From Nitrospinaceae bacterium (GTDB lineage Bacteria; Nitrospinota; Nitrospinia; Nitrospinales; VA-1): a stretch of DNA of 64,000 bases. The position numbers and the translations under genes are program-made. Positions 10,289-19,538 of the stretch are shown here, piece after piece. The stretch's first letter is position 1. Each line of letters opens with the position of its first letter. The notes below the pieces were generated by a model. That model saw only the letters and a list, made by a program, of their open reading frames with translations. It was not told the DNA's origin and did not search any database. The stretch lies in contig JBHHVU010000010.1 of NCBI GenBank assembly GCA_046754465.1, positions 1 to 64,000 of the forward strand. Reading direction: 5' to 3'.

Positions 10289-10315
10289 TAAAGTTCTAAA
10301 AGTATCTGCCGATAA
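10289..10315 (+). promoter_or_regulatory. Sigma28 promoter of flagellin 1
   Basis: Exact consensus TAAA-N15-GCCGATAA. Confidence 0.9.
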
Positions 10316-10528
10316 GCAGAATTAAGTCAAGGAGTCATTAAAGAGTATGAAAATAATACACCAACTCAATTGGAGTTACGGCTGGAAATGAAAATAGCTT
10401 GAGTGTTTATTTGGGTGGAAGCTGAGGTTCGCCACCATAAACAAAGGCCTCGGGGGCACATTTAAATCTGGCGGCAGTTAACAAATTGAAGTCAATACTT
10501 TTCCAACTCATGGTGGAGGATTAGGGAG

Positions 10529-11386
10529 ATGCCTGTACGTATTTTTAACAACATAGCCTCGCTCAACGCCCAAAGAATTCTGGGAAACAACAGTGAACGC
10601 CTAGCGAAATCGGTGGAACGCATCGCATCCGGAATCCGGATCAACCGCGGCGCCGACGACGCGGCGGGTCTCGCCATTTCCGAAGCATTGCGTTCCGACA
10701 TACGCGCCCTGCGTCAAGGGATACGGAATGGCAACGACGGAATTTCTCTTATTAATGTGGCAGAGGGTGCCCTGAACGAGCAGTCGGGCATTCTCATCCG
10801 CCTTCGGGAACTGGCCTCCCAGGCCGCCACCGGGACCGTGGGATCGACCGAACGGGCCACCGTACAACTGGAATTCAACGCCCTCCGGAGCGAAATCGAC
10901 CGCATCGCGGCCACCACGGAATTCAACGGTCAAAAACTGGTGGACGGCTCCCTGGCCTCCTCGGTGGCTTCCGGGAGTCAAATCCTGGTCCAGGTGGGTA
11001 TAGACAGCACCTCCAACAGCCGGATTAATCTGAATACCCAGATCAATCTCCAGTCCATAACCGCTTCCGGCCTGTCGATCAATTCCCTGTCCGTCACCAC
11101 CGCCGCCGCGGCGTTGACGGCGCTGGACACGATCAATAATGCCATCGACACGGTAACCCAGGGGCGGGGTAAAGTGGGCGCGGTGCAAAACCGGTTGACC
11201 CGGTCGATCTCCAACCTTGCCGTCACCGTCGAAAACCTGCAGGCCGCCGAATCTTCCATCCGTGATGCCGATATCGCCGAGGAAGTCGCGCTTCTCACAC
11301 GAAACCAGATCCTGGTTCAGGCCGCAACTGCCAGTGTGGCGCAGGCGAATCTCATCCCTCAATCCGTCTTGCAGTTGCTGCAGTAA
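10529..11386 (+). CDS. fliC: Flagellin 1 (285 aa, D0/D1 only)
   Basis: ERIASGIRINRGADDAAGLAISE, TEFNGQKL, ENLQAAESSIRDADIAEE, AQAN..PQSVLQLLQ. Confidence 0.97.
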   Translation: MPVRIFNNIASLNAQRILGNNSERLAKSVERIASGIRINRGADDAAGLAISEALRSDIRALRQGIRNGNDGISLINVAEGALNEQSGILIRLRELASQAATGTVGSTERATVQLEFNALRSEIDRIAATTEFNGQKLVDGSLASSVASGSQILVQVGIDSTSNSRINLNTQINLQSITASGLSINSLSVTTAAAALTALDTINNAIDTVTQGRGKVGAVQNRLTRSISNLAVTVENLQAAESSIRDADIAEEVALLTRNQILVQAATASVAQANLIPQSVLQLLQ

Positions 11387-11427
11387 ATTTAAATTAATGA
11401 CCGTTCCCGGTTCTTCGAGCCGGGGGG

Positions 11428-12069
11428 ATGGAGCAGACGATGACTGAGAGGATGGACCCAAAAAGATCGCCTGGGAAGGCAAAGAAATTTCCCGATTTCA
11501 AGTTTGGGGAGGTGCGGGGAATGGAAGCGGCGTTGCATCCCGGAACCGGGATCACGTGGAATTCAAGGGGGGCCGCTAATCCGCCACCACACCAAGGGAG
11601 CCTGCCGGATCCCCAAACCGGGCACCGGGAAGTGGATGCCCTTTCCGAAAAGATCACTATTCTCCATGAGGTGGGAAAAACCTTGAAAAGACCCCATGGT
11701 TTTCCCGGCCTGGGGCAGGCGGCCCCGGCCAAGAATGAAAACCGGGAACCCCCGATGCCGCGAACGCGGAAACCGCGATTCGAAGGCTTGGGAAATGAAT
11801 GTCACCCCGCTGGGCGTACTCCACCTGATGAGGACCGGAAACCGCCCGCGGATCGCCCGGCCTGGCACCGGAAACAAGCGGGATGCGTTTCCCTCGGTGT
11901 TTCTCCGTTCAAAGTTGCCATGGAAAACCGGGCGGCGGCGGACTCCATAATTCCCGGCCGGGAGATGGCCGCGAAAATTTTGTCGATAACGCGGCGCCCG
12001 CTTAAGGGCCAAGGAGACCCAGGTTCAGTGAAACGTATGAACCGGGACCCGGGGCGCCCTTCCGGTTGA
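11428..12069 (+). pseudogene. Highly degenerate flagellin-derived ORF (intact frame, 213 aa)
   Basis: Gapless alignment to both conserved termini of neighbouring flagellins (15/49 identities at the C-terminus); many Pro substitutions and a shortened centre. Confidence 0.65.
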
Positions 12070-12222
12070 ACGCTTTGATGGCTCCGGATTTTCCGGAACT
12101 TCACCTGTCCGGAAATTAAAATAAATTTTTCCGTTCTTCTCCTGGCAGAGCTTCTCCTCTCCCAAACCCCCTTTCCCATATCCTTGGGGCTTTCCGGTTT
12201 CTCCGGATCCAAAAATAAAAAT

Positions 12223-12249
12223 TAAAGATAATTGAATTGAGGCCGATAC
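12223..12249 (+). promoter_or_regulatory. Sigma28 promoter of flagellin 2
   Basis: TAAA-N15-GCCGATAC. Confidence 0.85.
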
Positions 12250-12447
12250 GCCTCATTGAGTATGATTGCGCCCAAAGGATTGTCCGCGCTTAACGATATC
12301 TGATAGCAAAGGAGGTGTACGAGACAAAATAGATTCACGGTGGAGAAGCGGATTCTCCACTTGGGGTTTACAGCTTGGAGGCTTGTTTTGGTATGGAGGC
12401 CAAAACAAAAAACCCGATAATCACATTCAATCAAGGAGGATGAGGCA

Positions 12448-13305
12448 ATGCCAGTTCGAATCTTCAACAATATCGCTTCACTCAATGCCCAGAGAATCCT
12501 GGGTATCAACAACGACCGTCTCGCGAGGTCGGTGGAACGAATTGCTTCGGGAATCCGGATCAATCGAGGCGCCGACGACGCGGCGGGTCTCGCCATTTCC
12601 GAAGCGTTACGCTCCGACATCCGCGCCTTGCGGCAGGCCGTAAGAAACGCCAACGATGGAATATCGCTGATCAACGTGACCGAGGGCGCGTTGAACGAGC
12701 AGTCCGGAATCCTGATTCGTCTCCGGGAGCTGTCCTCCCAGGCGGCCACGGGAACCGTCGGTTCCACCGAACGCGCCACGGTGCAATTGGAATTCAGCGC
12801 CCTGAGAAAAGAAATCGACCGGATCGCGGCCACCACCGAATTCAACGGACAGAAGCTGGTCAACGGTTCTCTGGCCTCTTCCGTGGCATTTGGGAATCAT
12901 CTTCTCATTCAGGTGGGAATTGACAATACGGCCGACAGCCGGATTGACTTGAATACCGAGATCAATCTTCAGGCCATTACGTCGTCGACCCTGGGGATTG
13001 ATATCCTGAGCGTGACCAGCGCGGGAGCGGCGTTGACGGCCCTGGATTCCATCAACAGCGCCGTCTCCACCGTCACCGCCGCCCGGGGGGCGGTGGGCGC
13101 CGTGCAGAACCGGTTGGTGCGGACCATCGGCAACCTCTCCATTTCCGTGGAAAACCTGCAGGCCGCGGAGTCGGCGATCCGGGATGCCGATATCGCGGAA
13201 GAAGTCGCCCTTTTGACCCGGAACCAGATTCTGGTTCAGGCGGCCACCGCCAGTGTGGCGCAGGCGAATCTCATTCCGCAGTCGGTCTTGCAGCTTCTCC
13301 AGTAA
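12448..13305 (+). CDS. fliC: Flagellin 2 (285 aa)
   Basis: Same flagellin N- and C-terminal motifs; RBS AAGGAGG. Confidence 0.97.
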   Translation: MPVRIFNNIASLNAQRILGINNDRLARSVERIASGIRINRGADDAAGLAISEALRSDIRALRQAVRNANDGISLINVTEGALNEQSGILIRLRELSSQAATGTVGSTERATVQLEFSALRKEIDRIAATTEFNGQKLVNGSLASSVAFGNHLLIQVGIDNTADSRIDLNTEINLQAITSSTLGIDILSVTSAGAALTALDSINSAVSTVTAARGAVGAVQNRLVRTIGNLSISVENLQAAESAIRDADIAEEVALLTRNQILVQAATASVAQANLIPQSVLQLLQ

Positions 13306-13467
13306 TTCTTGATGTTTCCCCCGGAGCCAAAAGGAGAAGCAGACAGCTTTCATTCGGGATTCGGTTTCATGGCGAAGCGGACGCGGATGATATAAAACCT
13401 TTTTTGCTGTTTGGGAAAAACAGGCTCCCAGGGTCTTAATTCATTGCGCCGGATTCCGGCGTTACCG

Positions 13468-13499
13468 AAAAAGCGCCTCTCAAAAGGAGGCGCTTTTTT
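13468..13499 (+). terminator. Intrinsic terminator after flagellin 2
   Basis: AAAAAGCGCCTC-tcaaaag-GAGGCGCTTTTTT. Confidence 0.8.
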
Positions 13500-13620
13500 A
13501 TTTGGTGGGCCGTCCGGTATCTACCGAAAATTGATGGGAGGAACAACATTTCCCAGTCGGGGCCGACTTCCTTTCACGACGGTGTTTTCCCGGAAAAGCC
13601 GGAGGAAATAAAAAAAGTGA

Positions 13621-13648
13621 TAAAGGTATTTTTTTAAAATCCCGATAG
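13621..13648 (+). promoter_or_regulatory. Probable sigma28 promoter of flagellins 3-4
   Basis: TAAA-N16-CCCGATAG (imperfect -10 and spacing). Confidence 0.55.
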
Positions 13649-13844
13649 AAACCAATAGTTAACAGCGGATCGGACAGGAAATTTCAGGGGAATGACTGAC
13701 GATCGCCCTCCGGTCCGCGAAGGATGACCCGGGAAGGGTAACGAAATAGAAAGGAGAATTTTTAAGAGTTCACATCGAAGAGTTCCCGCAGGGACGCGGG
13801 AGCTGGAAGACTGATTATTCCAATTATCAAGGAGGATAAGGCTC

Positions 13845-14702
13845 ATGCCAATTAGGATCTTCAATAATATCCCCTCACTGAACGCCCAAAGGATTTTGGG
13901 CATCAACAACGATCGTTTGTCGATATCGGTGGAACGGATTGCCTCGGGCATCCGGATCAACCGGGGCGCGGACGACGCGGCGGGTCTTGCGATCTCGGAA
14001 TCGTTGCGGTCCGACATTCGAGCCCTGCGCCAAGCGATAAGAAACGCCAACGACGGAATCTCCCTGATCAACGTTACGGAAGGAGCCCTGAATGAACAAT
14101 CGGGGATCCTCATCCGTCTCAGGGAACTTTCCTCCCAGGCGGCCACGGGGACGGTGGGTTCCACGGAACGCCAAACCATCCAGTTGGAATTCGATGCGCT
14201 CCGAAACGAAATCAACCGTATTGCGGCCACCACGGAATTCAACGGCCAGAAACTGGTCGATGGTTCCCTGGCCTCTTCCGTTAGTCCCACCAATCAAATT
14301 TTAATCCAGGTGGGCATTAATGCCACGTCGGACAGCCGGATCAACCTCAACACCGAGGTCAATCTTCAGGCGATCACGGCGTCGAGCCTGGCGATCGATG
14401 TTCTCAGCGTTACCACGGCGGGGGCGGCGTTGTCCGCGCTGGATCAATTGAACAATTCGATCTCCGTCGTGACGCAGGGCCGCGGTAAGGTGGGCGCCGT
14501 ACAGAACCGGCTGGTACGGACGATCGCCAACCTGTCCATATCCGTGGAGAACCTCTCGGCGGCGGAATCCGCCATCCGGGACGCGGATATCGCCGAGGAA
14601 GTGGCGTTGTTGACCCGGAACCAGATCCTGGTGCAGGCGGCGACGGCCATGGTGGGTCAGGCCAATCTGATTCCCCAGTCGGTGCTGCAATTGCTCCAGT
14701 AA
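13845..14702 (+). CDS. fliC: Flagellin 3 (285 aa)
   Basis: Flagellin motifs; RBS AAGGAGG. Confidence 0.97.
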   Translation: MPIRIFNNIPSLNAQRILGINNDRLSISVERIASGIRINRGADDAAGLAISESLRSDIRALRQAIRNANDGISLINVTEGALNEQSGILIRLRELSSQAATGTVGSTERQTIQLEFDALRNEINRIAATTEFNGQKLVDGSLASSVSPTNQILIQVGINATSDSRINLNTEVNLQAITASSLAIDVLSVTTAGAALSALDQLNNSISVVTQGRGKVGAVQNRLVRTIANLSISVENLSAAESAIRDADIAEEVALLTRNQILVQAATAMVGQANLIPQSVLQLLQ

Positions 14703-14828
14703 TTTTCTCGGACGGGTTGGAGGAAAAGGAATTTCCTGGAAGGGGAACACCAAGTTCCCAATTCATGAATGGCAAGAAACCACTAATTCTTTTTTTAAGT
14801 TACCAGACCTTTTCAGGGAGGAAAAGAA

Positions 14829-15680
14829 ATGGCGCTTCAAATTTTTACCAATGTATCCACCATCAATTCCCAGAGGTCGCTTGAGACCAACCGGGCGAAA
14901 TTGGGGACCTCCATTTCACGCATCGCATCCGGCGTCCGCATCACGAAAAGTGCCGATGACGTTGCGGGCCTGGCGGTTTCCCAAGGGTTATACTCGGATG
15001 TTCGCGCGCTCAAGCAGGGGGCGAGAAACCTGAGCGATGGACTGTCATTGATCAATGCTGCCGATGGGGCCTTGAACGAACAGGCAGGTATCCTGATCCG
15101 ATTGAGGGAACTGGCGTCCCAGGCCGCGACGGGAACCATCGGCCAAACGGAACGGGAAACCATTCAACTGGAGTTCGACGCGCTTCGCAAGGAAGTGGAC
15201 CGGATCGGGAATACGTCGGAATTCAATGGGCAGAAACTGATCGACGGGTCCCTGGCCGCCGGTTCGGGACAATCCGTGGTTTTGCAGATCGGTCTGAATT
15301 CATCGCAAAACAGCCGGATCGACCTGAATCAGGAAGTCAACATCACGGCGGCCACCTCACAAGCCCTGGGCTTCGCGGATTCGTCCATCCTGACCCAGGA
15401 GGATGCTCAAAAAGCCCTGGAGTCGTTGACCCAGGCGATCAGTCAACTCAGTGGCATTCGGAGCAGGGTGGGGGCCAACCAAAACCAGTTGATTCGGGCC
15501 TTGAATACCCAGAACACGACCATCGAAAGCCTGACGGGCGCGGTCTCGACCATAAAAGATGCTGATCTGGCGGAAGAATTCGCGCAATTGACCAAGAACC
15601 AGATCCTGGTTCAGGCCGGGGCCGCAATGGTGGGTCAGTCCAACCTGATTCCCCAGTCCGTATTGACCCTTCTGCAATAA
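14829..15680 (+). CDS. fliC: Flagellin 4 (283 aa, more divergent)
   Basis: RIASGVRITKSADDVAGLA, IRLRELASQAA, IKDADLAEE, PQSVLTLLQ. Confidence 0.95.
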   Translation: MALQIFTNVSTINSQRSLETNRAKLGTSISRIASGVRITKSADDVAGLAVSQGLYSDVRALKQGARNLSDGLSLINAADGALNEQAGILIRLRELASQAATGTIGQTERETIQLEFDALRKEVDRIGNTSEFNGQKLIDGSLAAGSGQSVVLQIGLNSSQNSRIDLNQEVNITAATSQALGFADSSILTQEDAQKALESLTQAISQLSGIRSRVGANQNQLIRALNTQNTTIESLTGAVSTIKDADLAEEFAQLTKNQILVQAGAAMVGQSNLIPQSVLTLLQ

Positions 15681-15767
15681 GCGCTGGAGGACGCCGTTCT
15701 GGCATGTTCGGAGAAAAATCTCCCTCGTGGATTCTGGTTAACCTTCGAGCGGAGCTTGTTGGAAAGC

Positions 15768-15797
15768 ATTCCCGTCCCCCGGGCGGGAATTTTTTTT
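15768..15797 (+). terminator. Intrinsic terminator after flagellin 4
   Basis: ATTCCCGTCC-cccg-GGCGGGAAT followed by a T-run. Confidence 0.7.
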
Positions 15798-15936
15798 GAA
15801 ATGGCGCCAAGCCGAATAATTTCTTTTGAAACCCCAAGGGAGACAAGATGATATAATAAAACACGCTCCGGTAAGGGAGCCAGCCGCGCGGACTCTTTCA
15901 AAAGTTCAAACCCTTCTTCGAGCATTTCCGTCATTC

Positions 15937-16974
15937 ATGGAACAACTTAAAGTGGGCCTCATTGGATGCGGCCGGATCGGGACGCTTCTGGAGGACGACC
16001 CCCTCCGTGGAAAACCCTGCACCCACGCGGGCGGCTTCAATGCGATTCCGTCCGTGCGCCTGGCCGCGGGTTGTGACATCGACCGCACCCGGTTGAAACG
16101 ATTCGGGGAGCGTTGGGGGGTCGGCCGGCTCTACACGGATTATCGGGAAATGCTCGGGCGGGAGGATTTGGATATCGTATGCATCGCCACCTGGACCCAC
16201 CTGCATCATTCCATGACCCTTGATGCGGTCCGTTCCGGTGTCAAGGGAATATATTGTGAAAAACCCATTGCCATCGATCTCCGTCAGGCCCGGAAAATGG
16301 TTCGGACCTGCGAGCGTCATCAAGTTCCCTTGGTCATCAATCATGAGCGCCGCTGGGAATTTTACTACCGGAAAGCCCGGTCACTCATCGGTTCCGGAAA
16401 AATCGGAGAGGTGAGAACGATCATCGGCAACGCGTTGAGCTGGAAACCGGGAAAGTTGCGTTGCGGCACTCATGGCGGGGGCGCGCTGTTCCACGACGGC
16501 ACTCACCTGACCGATCTGCTTCATTATTTTGGCGGCCCCATCGATTGGGTCTCGGGACACGAGGTGCGGCCGAACGGAAAAAATTTTATCGAAGAAACCG
16601 CTTGCGCCATGATGGGTTTTAAAAACGGGGCCTTGGGTTTCATCGAAGGCGGCGGCGCGAGGAAATATTTTAATTTTGAACTCGACATCCAGGGATCCGA
16701 GGGAAGGCTCCTGATCGGCAACGACGGAAGAGCACTGTATCGCACCCGCCGGAGCAAGAGGTTTACCGGGTTTCAAGAACTCGAGCGGGTTACGTTCCCG
16801 GAACCCAAACGGTATACCAGCCCCTTCATCGCCGGGGCGCGGGACCTTGTCCAGGCGGTCCGTTCCGGCCGGGAGGTGCTGTCGACGGGACGGGACGGGT
16901 TGAAGGCTCTGGAAGTCATTTTGGCCATATACCGGTCGGCGCAACAAAAAGGAAAGCGGATCAAGATGAGATGA
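15937..16974 (+). CDS. Gfo/Idh/MocA family oxidoreductase
   Basis: VGLIGCGRIG, IYCEKPIA, NHERRW, GGGALFHDGTH. Confidence 0.92.
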   Translation: MEQLKVGLIGCGRIGTLLEDDPLRGKPCTHAGGFNAIPSVRLAAGCDIDRTRLKRFGERWGVGRLYTDYREMLGREDLDIVCIATWTHLHHSMTLDAVRSGVKGIYCEKPIAIDLRQARKMVRTCERHQVPLVINHERRWEFYYRKARSLIGSGKIGEVRTIIGNALSWKPGKLRCGTHGGGALFHDGTHLTDLLHYFGGPIDWVSGHEVRPNGKNFIEETACAMMGFKNGALGFIEGGGARKYFNFELDIQGSEGRLLIGNDGRALYRTRRSKRFTGFQELERVTFPEPKRYTSPFIAGARDLVQAVRSGREVLSTGRDGLKALEVILAIYRSAQQKGKRIKMR

Positions 16975-17621
16975 TTTTAAAAAATACGGCCGCCATAATC
17001 TCTCTTCTTGTTTTCATTCTTGGTTTCAGCACATTCGTGAAGGTGTGCTGGAACGCCCGGGAAGAATTGCAGGTGGCCGAAAGGTATGCACGGCAGAATC
17101 AGAACGCCCAGGCGGCGGTCCATTACGAACGTTCCATCCATTGGTTTGTTCCCGTGCTCGATTTTCAATGCCGTGCCGCGGAGGGATTGTGGAAAATCGC
17201 CCGGGATTATGAGGCCCGGGGGGACACGGAAAACGCCCTTGGCACTTATCGGCTGCTGCGGGGAGCCTTTTATTCCGTTCGCAGCTTTTACACGCCGGGA
17301 AAACAATGGATCGAACGCAGTAACGAAAGAATCGCCACGCTTATGGCGATGAAACCGGAATCCGCCCCGGCTGAACGAACCCAAACCTTCGACCAGAGAA
17401 GGAACGAAATCCTGAGTCTTCTTTCCCGGGAGAAACCTCCGCGGCCCCTATGGGCCTTGCTTACCGAGCTGGGTTTTTTCGGATGGGTGACCTGTTCGGT
17501 GCTGTTTATATTCAAGGCGATGACGAAATCGGGAGGCATCCTGCTCCGGCCCGCCCTCTTCTGGACGGGGGGATTCGTTGTGTTTTACAGTTTGTGGATC
17601 CTGGGCATGTTTAACGTATGA
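16971..17621 (+). CDS. Hypothetical membrane protein with TPR-like helical periplasmic region
   Basis: N-terminal TM, helical AAVHYERSIHW segment, two C-terminal TMs; overlaps the upstream stop. Confidence 0.75.
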   Translation: MILKNTAAIISLLVFILGFSTFVKVCWNAREELQVAERYARQNQNAQAAVHYERSIHWFVPVLDFQCRAAEGLWKIARDYEARGDTENALGTYRLLRGAFYSVRSFYTPGKQWIERSNERIATLMAMKPESAPAERTQTFDQRRNEILSLLSREKPPRPLWALLTELGFFGWVTCSVLFIFKAMTKSGGILLRPALFWTGGFVVFYSLWILGMFNV

Positions 17622-17812
17622 TTTTGTTTGAGCCAGTCTGGACGAAGTTTTAAGGTAAAGAATTAAAAATTTTTAATTGAAAACAAAATTGCGGGTGTGG
17701 TAATTTTTTTTAAACGGCCAATTCCTCGTTAATTTCTACATCGGTTCATTCTTCCAGATTTTTTTGTCCGGAATAAATATTTGGATGCTCTTAAAGGTTA
17801 CGGAGATGCCGC

Positions 17813-18769
17813 ATGATTGAAGTGGATAACCTGACCAAGTTCTATGGTCCCCGGCCCGCCATCAAAGGTCTCACCTTCGAGGTGAACCGGGGAGAAGTGG
17901 TTGGGTTTTTAGGTCCCAACGGGGCGGGAAAAACCACCACGATGAACATTTTGTGCTGTATCATGCCCGCTTCGAGCGGCGGGGCAAGGGTTTGCGGGTA
18001 CGACATCTTCGAGCAGTCCCTGGAAATCCGCAAACGGATCGGGTACCTTCCGGAAACACCCCCGGTTTATACCGACATGATCGTCGCGGATTACCTGAAA
18101 TTCTGCGCCAGCATCCGGCGTGTTCCCGGGAACCAGGTTTCGGCGGCGGTGGACCGGGTGATCGAAAAATGCGTGCTTCGAGAAGTCCGGCACCGCCTCA
18201 TCGGCCGGTTGTCCAAGGGATTTCAACAGCGCGTCGGGCTCGCCCAGGCCATGATCCACAATCCCGATATTCTGATTCTGGACGAACCGACCATCGGTCT
18301 GGACCCCATACAGATCATAGAGATCCGGAAACTGATTCAGGAACTGGCCGACTCCCACACGATTCTTCTGAGTTCCCACATCCTTCCCGAAGTCACCCAG
18401 ATCTGTAAACGGGTGATCATCATCAATGAAGGCGAAATCGCGGCGATGGATTCCCTGGAAGGGTTGACCTCCTCCCTGAATAAGGGAGAGCGCCTTTTGT
18501 TTAAGGTGCGGAACGAAGACCATGGGATTGTGGAAAAACTGGAAGCCCTCGATAAGGTCTGGGACGTCAAACGGGAAAAGGACGGACAATTTCTCATCGA
18601 ATGCGAAATGAATTCGCATTTGCAGGACCAGGTGGCCCGGCTCGCGCTGGACAATGCTTGGGGAATCGAGGAATTGAAACCCATGGCCATGACGCTGGAG
18701 GATATTTTCATCAAATTGACCCTGGAAGAAAAAGAGGTCAAAACCGTGGAAGAAGGAGCCGCTTCATGA
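17813..18769 (+). CDS. ABC transporter ATP-binding protein (GldA-like)
   Basis: GPNGAGKTT, LSKGFQQRVGLAQA, ILDEPTIGLDP. Confidence 0.94.
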   Translation: MIEVDNLTKFYGPRPAIKGLTFEVNRGEVVGFLGPNGAGKTTTMNILCCIMPASSGGARVCGYDIFEQSLEIRKRIGYLPETPPVYTDMIVADYLKFCASIRRVPGNQVSAAVDRVIEKCVLREVRHRLIGRLSKGFQQRVGLAQAMIHNPDILILDEPTIGLDPIQIIEIRKLIQELADSHTILLSSHILPEVTQICKRVIIINEGEIAAMDSLEGLTSSLNKGERLLFKVRNEDHGIVEKLEALDKVWDVKREKDGQFLIECEMNSHLQDQVARLALDNAWGIEELKPMAMTLEDIFIKLTLEEKEVKTVEEGAAS

Positions 18770-19533
18770 AAAATGTCTGGGTCATTGCCAAACGGGATGC
18801 GGGTTCATATTTCAACTCCCCGGTTTTTTACGTAGTTACCACGGTGTTCCTGGTCATTTTCAGTTTTATATTCTTTAACATTTTAAATTTTTTCAGTTTT
18901 CAAAGTTTGCAGGCGGGCCAGTTTCGAAGCATGAATATCGGCCTTAACCTGAATGAGATGGTCATCGAACCTTCCTTCCACAACATGGCGGTGATCCTGC
19001 TTCTGATGATTCCTGTCATCACCATGCGCAGTTTTTCCGAAGAGAAAAAAAGCAAGACCTTTGCGTTACTCCTATCCTCCCCCGTTCACCTTAAGGAAAT
19101 CATTTTTGGCAAATTCCTGGCCTGCATGGCCGTGATCGGTTTAATGATCCTGTTGTCCGCTTATTCCACCGGTTTCCTTTTTCTTCTGGGGGAACCGGAT
19201 ACCGGACCGGTAGTGACGGGATACGTGGGCATCCTTCTCATGGCAGGATGTTATGTGGGGTTGGGAGTTTTCGCCTCTTCCCTGACCGACAATCAGATCA
19301 TCGCGGCGGTGATCGCTTTCGGATTTTCTCTTTTTATGTGGATCATCGGCTGGGCGGCGCAAGCGGCCGGCAGCGGGTGGGGCGAGGTGTTGCAGTTTCT
19401 ATCCCTTATCGACCACCTGGACCGGTTTTTAAAAGGGATCTTCGACACCAGTGACTTGGTGTTCTACCTTTCCTTCATCGCGTTTTTTCTGTTTCTGACC
19501 CATCGGGTGCTCGATTCTCAAAGGTGGAGATAG
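18766..19533 (+). CDS. ABC-2 permease (GldF-like)
   Basis: YFNSPVFY, ITMRSFSEEKKS.T..LLLSSP, SSLTDNQIIAA. Confidence 0.92.
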   Translation: MKNVWVIAKRDAGSYFNSPVFYVVTTVFLVIFSFIFFNILNFFSFQSLQAGQFRSMNIGLNLNEMVIEPSFHNMAVILLLMIPVITMRSFSEEKKSKTFALLLSSPVHLKEIIFGKFLACMAVIGLMILLSAYSTGFLFLLGEPDTGPVVTGYVGILLMAGCYVGLGVFASSLTDNQIIAAVIAFGFSLFMWIIGWAAQAAGSGWGEVLQFLSLIDHLDRFLKGIFDTSDLVFYLSFIAFFLFLTHRVLDSQRWR

Positions 19534-19538
19534 CATTC

